Sequence record: PV231354.1 | Direction: 5' to 3' (one strand) | DNA length: 64,000 bases | Shown: positions 18,402 to 26,700 of the stretch, piece after piece | How positions within the stretch are numbered: position 1 is the stretch's first letter | Layout: every line of letters starts with the position of its first letter | Program-made: the position numbers and the translations under genes | The notes under the pieces: model-generated | Databases searched by the model: none | Told to the model about the DNA's origin: nothing | What the model saw: the letters and a program-made list of their open reading frames with translations, nothing else

Positions 18402-18943
18402 TGCCGGACCTGATCGACGCCCGCGCCATCAACGTCGACCCCTTCGCGATCGTCACCGATCGCCTGGAGGGCTCGATCACCCTGGTGCGGCTGGCCGAGG
18501 CCGGCCGCTACCGCCACGGCGGCGCGCTCCTCTACTTCCGGGGTCGCCAGATCGACACGGGTCTGAAGGGCGTCTCCTACGTCTACGATGACGAGACCAA
18601 CGCCAGCCACCTCGAATACTGGGGCGGCTACGAGGATCGCATCCTCGCCCGCTTCGCCTCCAAGGACGACGCCATGAAGGCCCTGCACGATGGGCTGGCG
18701 GCGCGCGCCGAGGTCGACATCCTGGTCAAGCAGGCCCAGGCCATGCTCCAGGCCCTGACCGACCTGCGCGACCGGCGGTTCAAGGAGACCGTCCAGGCCC
18801 AGGAACGCGACGGCGTCCAGCGCGATGGTTGCGAGGTCTGCAACGGCTCGCGCGGTGGTGTGCCCGGCAACGAGAACGTCGTCGACGGCAAGGTGGTCTG
18901 CGACTACTGCCACGTCGACATCATGGACGCGAGGAAGGGCTGA
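18401..18943 (+). CDS. hypothetical protein with C-terminal Zn ribbon
   Basis: CEVC...CDYC. Confidence 0.75.
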   Translation: MPDLIDARAINVDPFAIVTDRLEGSITLVRLAEAGRYRHGGALLYFRGRQIDTGLKGVSYVYDDETNASHLEYWGGYEDRILARFASKDDAMKALHDGLAARAEVDILVKQAQAMLQALTDLRDRRFKETVQAQERDGVQRDGCEVCNGSRGGVPGNENVVDGKVVCDYCHVDIMDARKG

Positions 18944-19164
18944 TGGGCTCCTACACCTACTGCCCCAACCGCACGTGCGGCGCCGGCCTCGGGCCGCCCT
19001 CGATCCGTGAGGTCGTGGAGAACGAGCGCAAGTGCCCGCACTGCGGCGGCGACGTGCCGGTCTACGACTCCCTGGCCGACGTGCTGGAGCGCATGGAGGG
19101 CAAGATCGAGGAACTCCAGGAGGAGGTCCGCGTGCTGCGCGAAGGAGACGACCTTGGGTCTTAG
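18943..19164 (+). CDS. Zn-ribbon/coiled-coil small protein
   Basis: CPNRTC...CPHC. Confidence 0.75.
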   Translation: MGSYTYCPNRTCGAGLGPPSIREVVENERKCPHCGGDVPVYDSLADVLERMEGKIEELQEEVRVLREGDDLGS

Positions 19165-19510
19165 AAAAATCCCGCCCGCCCATTCGTGGTTCTCGGCGAT
19201 GGCCTTCCGGACGGCGTTCAAGAAGCCGGGCCACGAAGAGCGTCTCAAGCGCCTTCAGGCGGTCCAGGCCGCCCGGCTCTCGGGCTCGGAACTGCGCGAC
19301 CCGCTGATGAAGAAGCTGGTGCGCGAGGGCCTCGTGCGCCTGCACCGGCCGGCCAACGCCGAGTTCTACAGGCAGTCCAAGGGCGGCTTCATGAAGCGCA
19401 CCCAGGCCTTCCTTACGCCCGCTGGCGAAGCCTATCTGGCGGACCCGGCGCATCATCCCGTTCCGAAGTCGGAGCGCACCGAGAAAGCCAAAGGGGTTCG
19501 CGGCAAATGA
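19154..19510 (+). CDS. wHTH-like hypothetical protein
   Basis: KLVREGLV...FLTPAG. Confidence 0.65.
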   Translation: MGLRKIPPAHSWFSAMAFRTAFKKPGHEERLKRLQAVQAARLSGSELRDPLMKKLVREGLVRLHRPANAEFYRQSKGGFMKRTQAFLTPAGEAYLADPAHHPVPKSERTEKAKGVRGK

Positions 19511-19956
19511 TCAACTGGAAGGACCCCTTCGGCTTCGAAGCCCGCCGCCTCGCGCGTGAAGCGCTCTGGGCAGAGCAGGCCAAGGAGACGCGGGCGCGCA
19601 ACCTCAAGCGCGCCCAGGAGACCGGCACGCACTGCATCAAACAAGTCGCCGCCGATCGGTTCTTCGTGCTGTTGCGCGACACGAACGGGCGGTATCGGAC
19701 GATCCAGCGGGACGGCAAGGTCGCGTCGCAATACCCCTGCAACGCCCACGTCATCCGCACCCTGGAGCAGGCCAAGGACTTCGGGCGCATCGCCGAGCGC
19801 AACTTCCGCGAGGAGGTGGCCGAGGAGGTCGAGCGCCTGACCAGCCACGAGAACTTCTACCACCCGACCGAGTACGAGCCCGTGCCGGCCAAGGAGGCGC
19901 GCGCCGAGGACATCGTCTTCGTCGAGGCGGTCTCCACGTGCTGGAGCCGCCGCTGA
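19507..19956 (+). CDS. hypothetical protein
   Basis: ATGA overlap. Confidence 0.7.
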   Translation: MINWKDPFGFEARRLAREALWAEQAKETRARNLKRAQETGTHCIKQVAADRFFVLLRDTNGRYRTIQRDGKVASQYPCNAHVIRTLEQAKDFGRIAERNFREEVAEEVERLTSHENFYHPTEYEPVPAKEARAEDIVFVEAVSTCWSRR

Positions 19957-20153
19957 TGGAGACCCGCGCAGACGCCGTCCAGGCCGTCGCCAAGGCCCTC
20001 TACGAGCGTCAGTGGGCGCGCGGCGGACAAGTCGTCCCGCCGCCCTGGGAGACCTTGCCGCCTCGGTTCAAAACGCCGTTCCTGGAGACGGCCGAGCTTT
20101 GCGTCGACATCATCATCGAACACGTCAGGAACACCAGCCATGAACCGTCGTAA
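19956..20153 (+). CDS. hypothetical protein
   Basis: TGATG overlap. Confidence 0.65.
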   Translation: METRADAVQAVAKALYERQWARGGQVVPPPWETLPPRFKTPFLETAELCVDIIIEHVRNTSHEPS

Positions 20154-20781
20154 TCTCCTGCTGGGCGCCGGCGCGGCCGTCATCGCCGCCGGGGTCGCCC
20201 AGGCCCAACCGGTCCACGTGTCGGAGGTCAAGCCGACGGCCTATTCGTGGTACTCCAGCTACGAGACGGGCATCCGCCAGCGCGACACCCACGACACCCG
20301 CTACACGATCCGCTGGGAGCAGGGCGCGATGCAGCACCCGCATGCCGCGCTCGTCAGGAAGTGGGTCCGCGAGACCATCGACAGCGGCTACCTCTACTGC
20401 TTCGGCGACATCCACTGGATGGATCGCAAGGTCCGCCTGGAAGACGTCCACATCGTCATCCGGCCGGGCAAGAAGGTCTGGAACCACGTCACCGGCTACA
20501 CCGACGAGGAGGGCCTCCAGATCGAGGTCAACGAGGCTGGTGCGGTCTTCGCGCCGTTCGGCCTCGCCTCGACCCATGGCCTGACCTACGTCCGCGAGTC
20601 GATGCGCGACACCTACTATGTCCGCAAGCCGTACCTGCGCTACGACGAGGAGCGCGAGCTTCGCTTCGCCCTGGGCGACGACCCGCAAGGCTACCGCGCG
20701 CCGAACTCCAAGGTCGGCTTTGACGACCGGATGTGGACCGAGGTCCTGAAGGACCTGGAAGCCAAGAAGGCCCAGGCCTGA
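20140..20781 (+). CDS. protein with twin-arginine (Tat)-like signal peptide
   Basis: MNRRNLLLGAGAAVIAAGVAQA|QP. Confidence 0.75.
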   Translation: MNRRNLLLGAGAAVIAAGVAQAQPVHVSEVKPTAYSWYSSYETGIRQRDTHDTRYTIRWEQGAMQHPHAALVRKWVRETIDSGYLYCFGDIHWMDRKVRLEDVHIVIRPGKKVWNHVTGYTDEEGLQIEVNEAGAVFAPFGLASTHGLTYVRESMRDTYYVRKPYLRYDEERELRFALGDDPQGYRAPNSKVGFDDRMWTEVLKDLEAKKAQA

Positions 20782-21278
20782 TGATCCGCTCCCGCAACGA
20801 GCCGCCCGAGGTCACCGCCGGCAAGATGCAGGAGCGGTGGGCCGCCCAGAGAGCGAGCATCCATGGGATGCTCTGCCTACCACACACCCTGAACGCCAAC
20901 TGGCAGCAGGTCAGCGCGATGATCTGGGCGCACTGCGACGGGCGGGTGGTCGGCGAGTGGCAGGACCGCCCGGTGCCGGGTTGGACAGCCGAGCATATCC
21001 AGGCGCCGTTCGACATCTGCATGGTTCAGGACCCGAACGCCAAGACCCTCCAGGACGCCGATCTGGCGCTGCGGATGATCACCACCCTCCTGCCCGACGC
21101 GGCCCTTGAGATCAAGAAGTGCAAGGGGCGGGACGGCGAGTGGGAGACGCTGATTGACACCCGTTGCGCCCAGGTCGCCAAGCATCGGGGGATGATCTGG
21201 GGCTTTGGTCCTGGCATCGCCCTGGCGACGTGGCGCGCCTACTTCAGCTACCTTCAGAAGGAGCCCACCTATGACTGA
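20781..21278 (+). CDS. hypothetical protein
   Basis: TGATG overlap. Confidence 0.7.
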   Translation: MIRSRNEPPEVTAGKMQERWAAQRASIHGMLCLPHTLNANWQQVSAMIWAHCDGRVVGEWQDRPVPGWTAEHIQAPFDICMVQDPNAKTLQDADLALRMITTLLPDAALEIKKCKGRDGEWETLIDTRCAQVAKHRGMIWGFGPGIALATWRAYFSYLQKEPTYD

Positions 21279-21492
21279 CATCTTCGACGAGGTCGAGCGC
21301 CGGCTGAACCGCAAGCGTCCGACCTTCTGGCTTCACCGGATCGCGATCGTGATCATCGTCGTCATCGGCCTGCTGGTCGTCGCCGGCGCCGCCATCCAGG
21401 TCTTCAATCCGACCCTGGCGACCCAGTGGCAAGCTCGTCAGGACGCGGCCTACGACCGCGCCTACGAGGAAGCCCGGCGGCGGGGCGAGTAA
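21271..21492 (+). CDS. small single-TM protein
   Basis: AAGGAG SD; hydrophobic helix. Confidence 0.75.
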   Translation: MTDIFDEVERRLNRKRPTFWLHRIAIVIIVVIGLLVVAGAAIQVFNPTLATQWQARQDAAYDRAYEEARRRGE

Positions 21493-21974
21493 TGGCCGGC
21501 CCGCAGTACAACTGGGAGCCGGCTTCGACCGCCGACGGCGTCAAGCTGACCGAGCACGTGATCCGGGGCGAGATCGTCCCGATCTGCGTCGGCGCGTCGC
21601 TGCACGCGATCGAGATGCACGCCATCATGGGCGAGCGGCTCTACCGGGCCTTTGGGACCATGTCCGGCGACGCCGACTGGACCCAGGCCGAGATCGGGAC
21701 GCCCCAGACCCATCCGCTCGACGGGCAGGACCTCAACGCGCTGGATTACCACACCAGGGTCCGCGAGGAGTACCGCCGCGACATCGCCACGGCCGGCGGC
21801 CGGCACCTGATGATCTGCCGCAAGACCGACGATCTCCAGGAACTGCTCGCCCTGATCCCGATGGACCTGCGACGGCGTCACGAGATGGCCAACCTGATCA
21901 CCCTGGTGGCGCGGATGCTGCTCATCGAGAACACGCCGCGCACGCTCTCCGACTCCAAACTGAAGCGCTTCTGA
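21492..21974 (+). CDS. hypothetical protein
   Basis: TAATG overlap. Confidence 0.75.
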   Translation: MAGPQYNWEPASTADGVKLTEHVIRGEIVPICVGASLHAIEMHAIMGERLYRAFGTMSGDADWTQAEIGTPQTHPLDGQDLNALDYHTRVREEYRRDIATAGGRHLMICRKTDDLQELLALIPMDLRRRHEMANLITLVARMLLIENTPRTLSDSKLKRF

Positions 21975-21975
21975 C

Positions 21976-22515
21976 ATGATCTCCAACCGCCTCGACTTCA
22001 CCAGCAACGATCTCTGGCCGCCCAAGGTCGACTACGAGATGAAGAAGCTGCGCTACGACACCGCGCTCGACGCGCTGGAGATCGTCCATCCCAAGAACCG
22101 CCTGGGCAACCGGGTCGACGTCTCCCACATCTGCTCCTACCTGATGAACGGCCGCGTCAAGGGCGTGCTCGACCACATCGCCAGCACCGGCGTCGAGGAC
22201 CCGCGCGAGCAGACCTTCAAAATCCTGCGCATCCTGGAGAGCCAGGAGTTCGTCACCAATGACGGTGGCGATTGGTCGCTGACCGCCACGGGCGCGATCT
22301 GGCATCTGGTCGCTGACAACCACCCTTCCGGCTGGGCCGAACTGGGCGCCCTGCTCCAGGACATCCGCCTGCAATGGTGGTCGCGCGCCGCGATCACCAA
22401 GGCCATCCAGGAAACCCGCTATTTTTCGCTGCGTCCGGGGCATGATGTGCTGAGCGTCGCCTTTGATCTCACGGCGCTTCAACAGCCGCTCGACGGGTGG
22501 AACGGATGGCGCTGA
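21976..22515 (+). CDS. wHTH-like hypothetical protein
   Basis: ILRILESQEFV...WSLTATG. Confidence 0.7.
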   Translation: MISNRLDFTSNDLWPPKVDYEMKKLRYDTALDALEIVHPKNRLGNRVDVSHICSYLMNGRVKGVLDHIASTGVEDPREQTFKILRILESQEFVTNDGGDWSLTATGAIWHLVADNHPSGWAELGALLQDIRLQWWSRAAITKAIQETRYFSLRPGHDVLSVAFDLTALQQPLDGWNGWR

Positions 22516-23045
22516 GCGAGGAGGCCTGGGACAGCCTGATCCTCGACCTGCGCAACGCTGTCGAGGCCGAGGATCGCGAGGCCTGGGACGAGGCGATCCA
22601 GGCCCTGGAGAACGCCTTCGACGAGCATGTCGACGGCCCGCTGGAGACCCACCCCAACACCCTGGCCTGGAAGAAGAGCGCCGACGAACGCAAGCGCTTC
22701 CTGGCGGGCTGGTCGTACTGGGGTAGCGGCGCCCGCGATGTGCCGGCCGAGTACAAGGGCGACATGATCTTCAATCGGGGCCGCAGCGCCGCCGCCACCG
22801 CCCAGGACATGAGCGGCCTGCACCGGACCCTGGCGTCCTGCAAGCATCCGCAGTCCTACCGGATCGAAGGCGGCGACAATCTCCACCTGCCGCGCTACCC
22901 GGCGGTCTATGGCTCCTACGAGGTCCACATCTGCCGCCTCTGTCGCGGGTGGAAGACGATCGGCCACGGCGAGCGCCAATGGCACGAGGGGCCGTATTTC
23001 GACGCCTACGAGAAGGCGATGCGTGAGGAAGAGGAGCGCTGCTGA
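22506..23045 (+). CDS. hypothetical protein
   Basis: ORF in operon. Confidence 0.75.
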   Translation: MALSEEAWDSLILDLRNAVEAEDREAWDEAIQALENAFDEHVDGPLETHPNTLAWKKSADERKRFLAGWSYWGSGARDVPAEYKGDMIFNRGRSAAATAQDMSGLHRTLASCKHPQSYRIEGGDNLHLPRYPAVYGSYEVHICRLCRGWKTIGHGERQWHEGPYFDAYEKAMREEEERC

Positions 23046-23737
23046 TGCTCTACGTGTTCGGGGACATCCACGGCCGCATGGACCTGCTGGAGAAAGCGCG
23101 CCACGTCATCCGTGTACGCGGCGACGCCACCCGCCTGATCTTCCTGGGCGACTATGTCGATCGCGGTCCGCAGAGCCGCGAGGTGGTCGAGGCCGTGATG
23201 GAGCTTCACCGCCAGGGCGAGATCGCCCTCAAAGGCAACCACGAGCAGATGATGGTCGATAGCTGGCGGATCGCCAACTACGGCGCGCTCTCCAAGATGT
23301 GGGTCAGCAATGGCGGCAAGCAGACCCTGAAGTCCTACGGCGCCGGCGACAACGCCTGGAACGCCCAGTGGGACATGATCCCCCAGGAGCATATCGACTG
23401 GATGGACGGCCTGCCGACCATGCACGTCGCGCCCGGCCGGGTCTTCGTGCATGCCGGGCTGATGCCGGGCATCCCGCTTGATCAGCAGGACGAGGAGTGG
23501 ACCCTGTGGATCAGAGACCGCTTCCTGCTGGGCAAGCCGGGCGACTTCACCCACCACGTGATCCACGGCCACACCCACACCGTGCCGGTCTTCAAGGAGG
23601 AGCCGTCCGAGCCGGAGCTTCTGCCCCACCGGACCAACCTCGACACCGGCGCGTTCTTCACCGGCGTCCTGGGCGTGGGCGTTTTCGATCCGAACGAGAC
23701 CGCCGGCCCGGTCGAGGTGCTCAAGATCACGGTGTGA
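23045..23737 (+). CDS. Ser/Thr protein phosphatase (PPP/metallophosphoesterase, lambda NinI-like)
   Basis: GDIHG, GDYVDRG, GNHE, HAG, HGHT and DTG motifs. Confidence 0.92.
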   Translation: MLYVFGDIHGRMDLLEKARHVIRVRGDATRLIFLGDYVDRGPQSREVVEAVMELHRQGEIALKGNHEQMMVDSWRIANYGALSKMWVSNGGKQTLKSYGAGDNAWNAQWDMIPQEHIDWMDGLPTMHVAPGRVFVHAGLMPGIPLDQQDEEWTLWIRDRFLLGKPGDFTHHVIHGHTHTVPVFKEEPSEPELLPHRTNLDTGAFFTGVLGVGVFDPNETAGPVEVLKITV

Positions 23738-23739
23738 CG

Positions 23740-24354
23740 ATGTCGTTTCTGGACCGCATGCGCGAGTACATCACGGCCGACCTGAAGATCGTGGAGCACC
23801 TCACCCGCCGGTTCAGCCGGAAGCCGGAGGAGCCCGTGACCGGGATCGCGCCCCAGCCGATGACGCCGAACTGGGGCAACGTTCTTCCGCAATTGCCTCA
23901 GGCCGGCGTCGGCGGTGGTGGTGGGGCATCGCACTTCTACTACCCCGGCGTCGGCGGTGGTGGCGGCTATGTGAGTGGCGGCTCCGGCGGTGGGGCCAGC
24001 GGCACATCGGGGCAGGTCCTGGCCTACGACGGCCAGAACGCGGCCTGGAGGCCCGCCCCAGTCCCCACGAAGGTGAAGGCCAACAAGCCGGCGGGGAGCT
24101 TCAAGGACCTCAACGCGACCGAGGAGGCGGTGGTCCACAATGTTGCCCAGTACGAGGGGACAGAACTCGTGCGCGAGAAGGACGGGATGTTCTCCTATTG
24201 TCGCAACGGCGTGGCCCTGGCCCAGGACCGCGTCCGCTCCCGCACGGTCAACGTGTTGATCAAAAAGAAGTTTCTGGACGTGATCGAGTTCGGGGAGCGC
24301 GGCGAGGCCCTGGTCTGCGGGCTCGACTCCAACATCATGGTCCACGGCCGCTAG
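23740..24354 (+). CDS. Gly-rich protein with C-terminal domain related to the 41517-46141 family
   Basis: LVREKDG...RSRTVNVLIKKKFLDVIEFGERG. Confidence 0.7.
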   Translation: MSFLDRMREYITADLKIVEHLTRRFSRKPEEPVTGIAPQPMTPNWGNVLPQLPQAGVGGGGGASHFYYPGVGGGGGYVSGGSGGGASGTSGQVLAYDGQNAAWRPAPVPTKVKANKPAGSFKDLNATEEAVVHNVAQYEGTELVREKDGMFSYCRNGVALAQDRVRSRTVNVLIKKKFLDVIEFGERGEALVCGLDSNIMVHGR

Positions 24355-24361
24355 AAAGTGT

Positions 24362-24414
24362 TTGACAACACTCTCACGCCAACATAGAACCCTCCTCGAC
24401 GACAACGAGGAGGG
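24362..24414 (+). promoter_or_regulatory. sigma70-type promoter + conserved leader hairpin
   Basis: TTGACA-N17-TAGAAC; CCCTCCTCG-ACGACAA-CGAGGAGGG. Confidence 0.85.
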
Positions 24415-24418
24415 CCGC

Positions 24419-24838
24419 ATGGCTTACGTAATTCCCGACCTGAGCACCTTCACCTTCACCGACCCGTCGGTGGAAAGCTTCGCCAGGGCCATGGTCTCGG
24501 CGATCGAGGCCAACCAAGCGATCATCGACGAGTTCGCCAAGAGCCTGATCGAGAGCCCGGTGCGCGCGCTGGAGCGCAGCCTGTCGGTCAAGCTGGCCGC
24601 CGTCCGTCAGAACGCGGCGAAGGAAGCCCTCGAACAGACCCTGGACACGCTCCTGCACGGGACCGACAAGACCTGGGCGGTGATCAAGCTGGAACTCCAG
24701 CAAGCGCTCCTGCATCTCGTGGTCTACCACGCGTCGCGGTCGACGCGCTCGACCAACGCCGAGGCCAACGACATGGAGCGCTTCGACCTGCAAGCCAAGG
24801 CCGAGTTGCTCGACCGCGTCATGAAGGGCCGCTTCTAA
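24419..24838 (+). CDS. hypothetical protein
   Basis: ATG after the SD. Confidence 0.75.
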   Translation: MAYVIPDLSTFTFTDPSVESFARAMVSAIEANQAIIDEFAKSLIESPVRALERSLSVKLAAVRQNAAKEALEQTLDTLLHGTDKTWAVIKLELQQALLHLVVYHASRSTRSTNAEANDMERFDLQAKAELLDRVMKGRF

Positions 24839-25080
24839 TGCGCGGCGTCGAGGTCAACGAGAGCTATCAGACCGAGCAGCGCTCGTTTGATGGCCAACTC
24901 GCCGGCAAGTACGGCGCTGCCTCGGGCGGCCCGGACCTGACCCGTGAACAGTGGCAGGCGATGCAGCGGGCCGACCGCAAGCGCTTCGCCGGCTTCATCA
25001 TGGGCGCCTTCGTGTTCATCTTCTGCCTGACCTGGGTGATCAACGATCTGACCCACTTCGGCGCGGCCCTGCCCTTCTAA
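24838..25080 (+). CDS. small single-TM protein
   Basis: FAGFIMGAFVFIFCLTWVI. Confidence 0.7.
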   Translation: MRGVEVNESYQTEQRSFDGQLAGKYGAASGGPDLTREQWQAMQRADRKRFAGFIMGAFVFIFCLTWVINDLTHFGAALPF

Positions 25081-25090
25081 GCGAGGACCC

Positions 25091-25396
25091 ATGACCCAGG
25101 CGCTGACCTTCGAAACCACGTCGTCCCGGCTCGCCGTCGAGGTCAGCAGGGACGACTTCCTGGCCCTGACCGTCGCCGAGGAAATCCTGGCCAAGGGCAA
25201 CTACCTGTCGCCCCATCTCAGCGCCCGGCTGGAGAACATCAACGGCGTCTGGGAGGTCGAGTACAACGGCCACTTCGGGGCCTACATCCACCTGACCCTG
25301 GACACCGAGGACGACACGCCCGAGGTGCGCCAGCAGATCGCCGACATCATCACCGACCAACTGGCCAAGGCCAGGGTCTGGAAGCGGGAGCGCTAG
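25091..25396 (+). CDS. hypothetical protein
   Basis: GAGG SD. Confidence 0.75.
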   Translation: MTQALTFETTSSRLAVEVSRDDFLALTVAEEILAKGNYLSPHLSARLENINGVWEVEYNGHFGAYIHLTLDTEDDTPEVRQQIADIITDQLAKARVWKRER

Positions 25397-25397
25397 G

Positions 25398-25781
25398 ATG
25401 CAGAGCCACGATCAGCGCCTCGCCGAGGCCCTCGCCATCACCACCCAGCGCCCGGCCTGGATCGAGAAGAAGGGTGATCGCTACCACGTCATCACCAAGG
25501 GCGTGCTGTTCCCCAACACGCGCAATGCCATCCACAAGACCTGGAGCCGCCGCGCCGGCGCCCTGGCCTGCATCCAGCAGGACGGCTACACCCTCCTCGA
25601 CGGCGACTGCCCGCTGCCGGAGGTGACCCAGGCCCAGCGCGACGCCTACCAGTTCCAGGGCGCCGAGCGGCGCGAGGCCGTCGAGATGCTGAGCCGCGAA
25701 CTGGGCATCCACCAGGACGAAATCCGCCGCGCGTTGCGCAACCTCGAAGGCAAGGGCCTCATCCAGTTCGGCGGGCGCTGA
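25398..25781 (+). CDS. protein with C-terminal HTH
   Basis: LSRELGIHQDEIRRALRNLEGKGLI. Confidence 0.75.
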   Translation: MQSHDQRLAEALAITTQRPAWIEKKGDRYHVITKGVLFPNTRNAIHKTWSRRAGALACIQQDGYTLLDGDCPLPEVTQAQRDAYQFQGAERREAVEMLSRELGIHQDEIRRALRNLEGKGLIQFGGR

Positions 25782-25802
25782 TAGCAGCTTGGCGTTTGTG
25801 TG

Positions 25803-25855
25803 TTGACAGGCCCAGTCCGGTTCTGTAGACCTCTGCTCGACGACAACGAGGAGGC
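25803..25855 (+). promoter_or_regulatory. sigma70-type promoter + conserved leader
   Basis: TTGACA-N17-TAGACC; motif at 25838. Confidence 0.85.
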
Positions 25856-25859
25856 CCCC

Positions 25860-26066
25860 ATGCCGCATCTGAGCAAACAGTCCTACAGCTTCGACTACAC
25901 CAGCGACGCCCTGGCGGCGGCCGGCGAGTTCGAGGCCCTGACGACCGAGTTCTATCGCTACGAGACGCGCTACCTCTACGACGCGGCGCGCGCGATCGTC
26001 GGCGTCGAGGTCCGCGTCATGGACGAGGACGGCTTCTTCGTTGGCTACGTGGCGGGCGAGGCCTAA
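25860..26066 (+). CDS. hypothetical protein
   Basis: ATG after the SD. Confidence 0.75.
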   Translation: MPHLSKQSYSFDYTSDALAAAGEFEALTTEFYRYETRYLYDAARAIVGVEVRVMDEDGFFVGYVAGEA

Positions 26067-26069
26067 GCC

Positions 26070-26465
26070 ATGATCAGCCACAACATCGATCCGCGCATCG
26101 GCGTCCTCAACTCGGGCGTCTACTATGCCTACGTCAACGGCTATCACCAGCCCGAGACGCGCGGCACGCTCGAAGAGGTCGAGATCGCCCTGGGCGTTCG
26201 CAAGCCCAAGCCCGCGCCGGCTCCCCTGGTGGAAGTCCAGGGCCGGGGCGGTCGCGTCTCGGTGCAGTTCGGCACCATCAACGGCAAGCCCCTGACCCTG
26301 ACGATCAGCGAGGCCGACAGCGTCTGCGCCGACGTCGAGTGCGGGCGCCACGGCTGCTCGCTGTCGCTGCTGGACGACTTCGGCACCATCGGCGAGGACG
26401 GCCCCAAGGTGTCCCAGAAGACCATCGACAAGATGATCGACTGGGCGCTGACGAAGGGCTGGTGA
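26070..26465 (+). CDS. hypothetical protein
   Basis: ORF in operon. Confidence 0.75.
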   Translation: MISHNIDPRIGVLNSGVYYAYVNGYHQPETRGTLEEVEIALGVRKPKPAPAPLVEVQGRGGRVSVQFGTINGKPLTLTISEADSVCADVECGRHGCSLSLLDDFGTIGEDGPKVSQKTIDKMIDWALTKGW

Positions 26466-26674
26466 TGAGCAGCACGCGCATCGCCGCCGAGGTCCTGGAG
26501 GCCATGAAGAGCACCAACGACCCGGCCCTCCAGGAGCGCCGCGTCGGCGCGGTCCTGGCCGAATATGCTGGCGATCCCGACACCTTCGATCTCGAAGGGC
26601 TGAGCCCGACGTCTCGGCGGATCGTCCACGAAACCACGCTGCACTGGCGGGCGCACCTGCGCCTCCGTGCATGA
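26465..26674 (+). CDS. hypothetical protein
   Basis: TGATG overlap. Confidence 0.65.
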   Translation: MSSTRIAAEVLEAMKSTNDPALQERRVGAVLAEYAGDPDTFDLEGLSPTSRRIVHETTLHWRAHLRLRA

Positions 26675-26700
26675 AATTTTAATCTGGAGAGGGCCTTAAG

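Noticed and set aside
23900-24010. Gly-rich repeat (GVGGGGG x2) as a structural fibre or collagen
   Set aside because: Short low-complexity linker with no Gly-X-Y periodicity.
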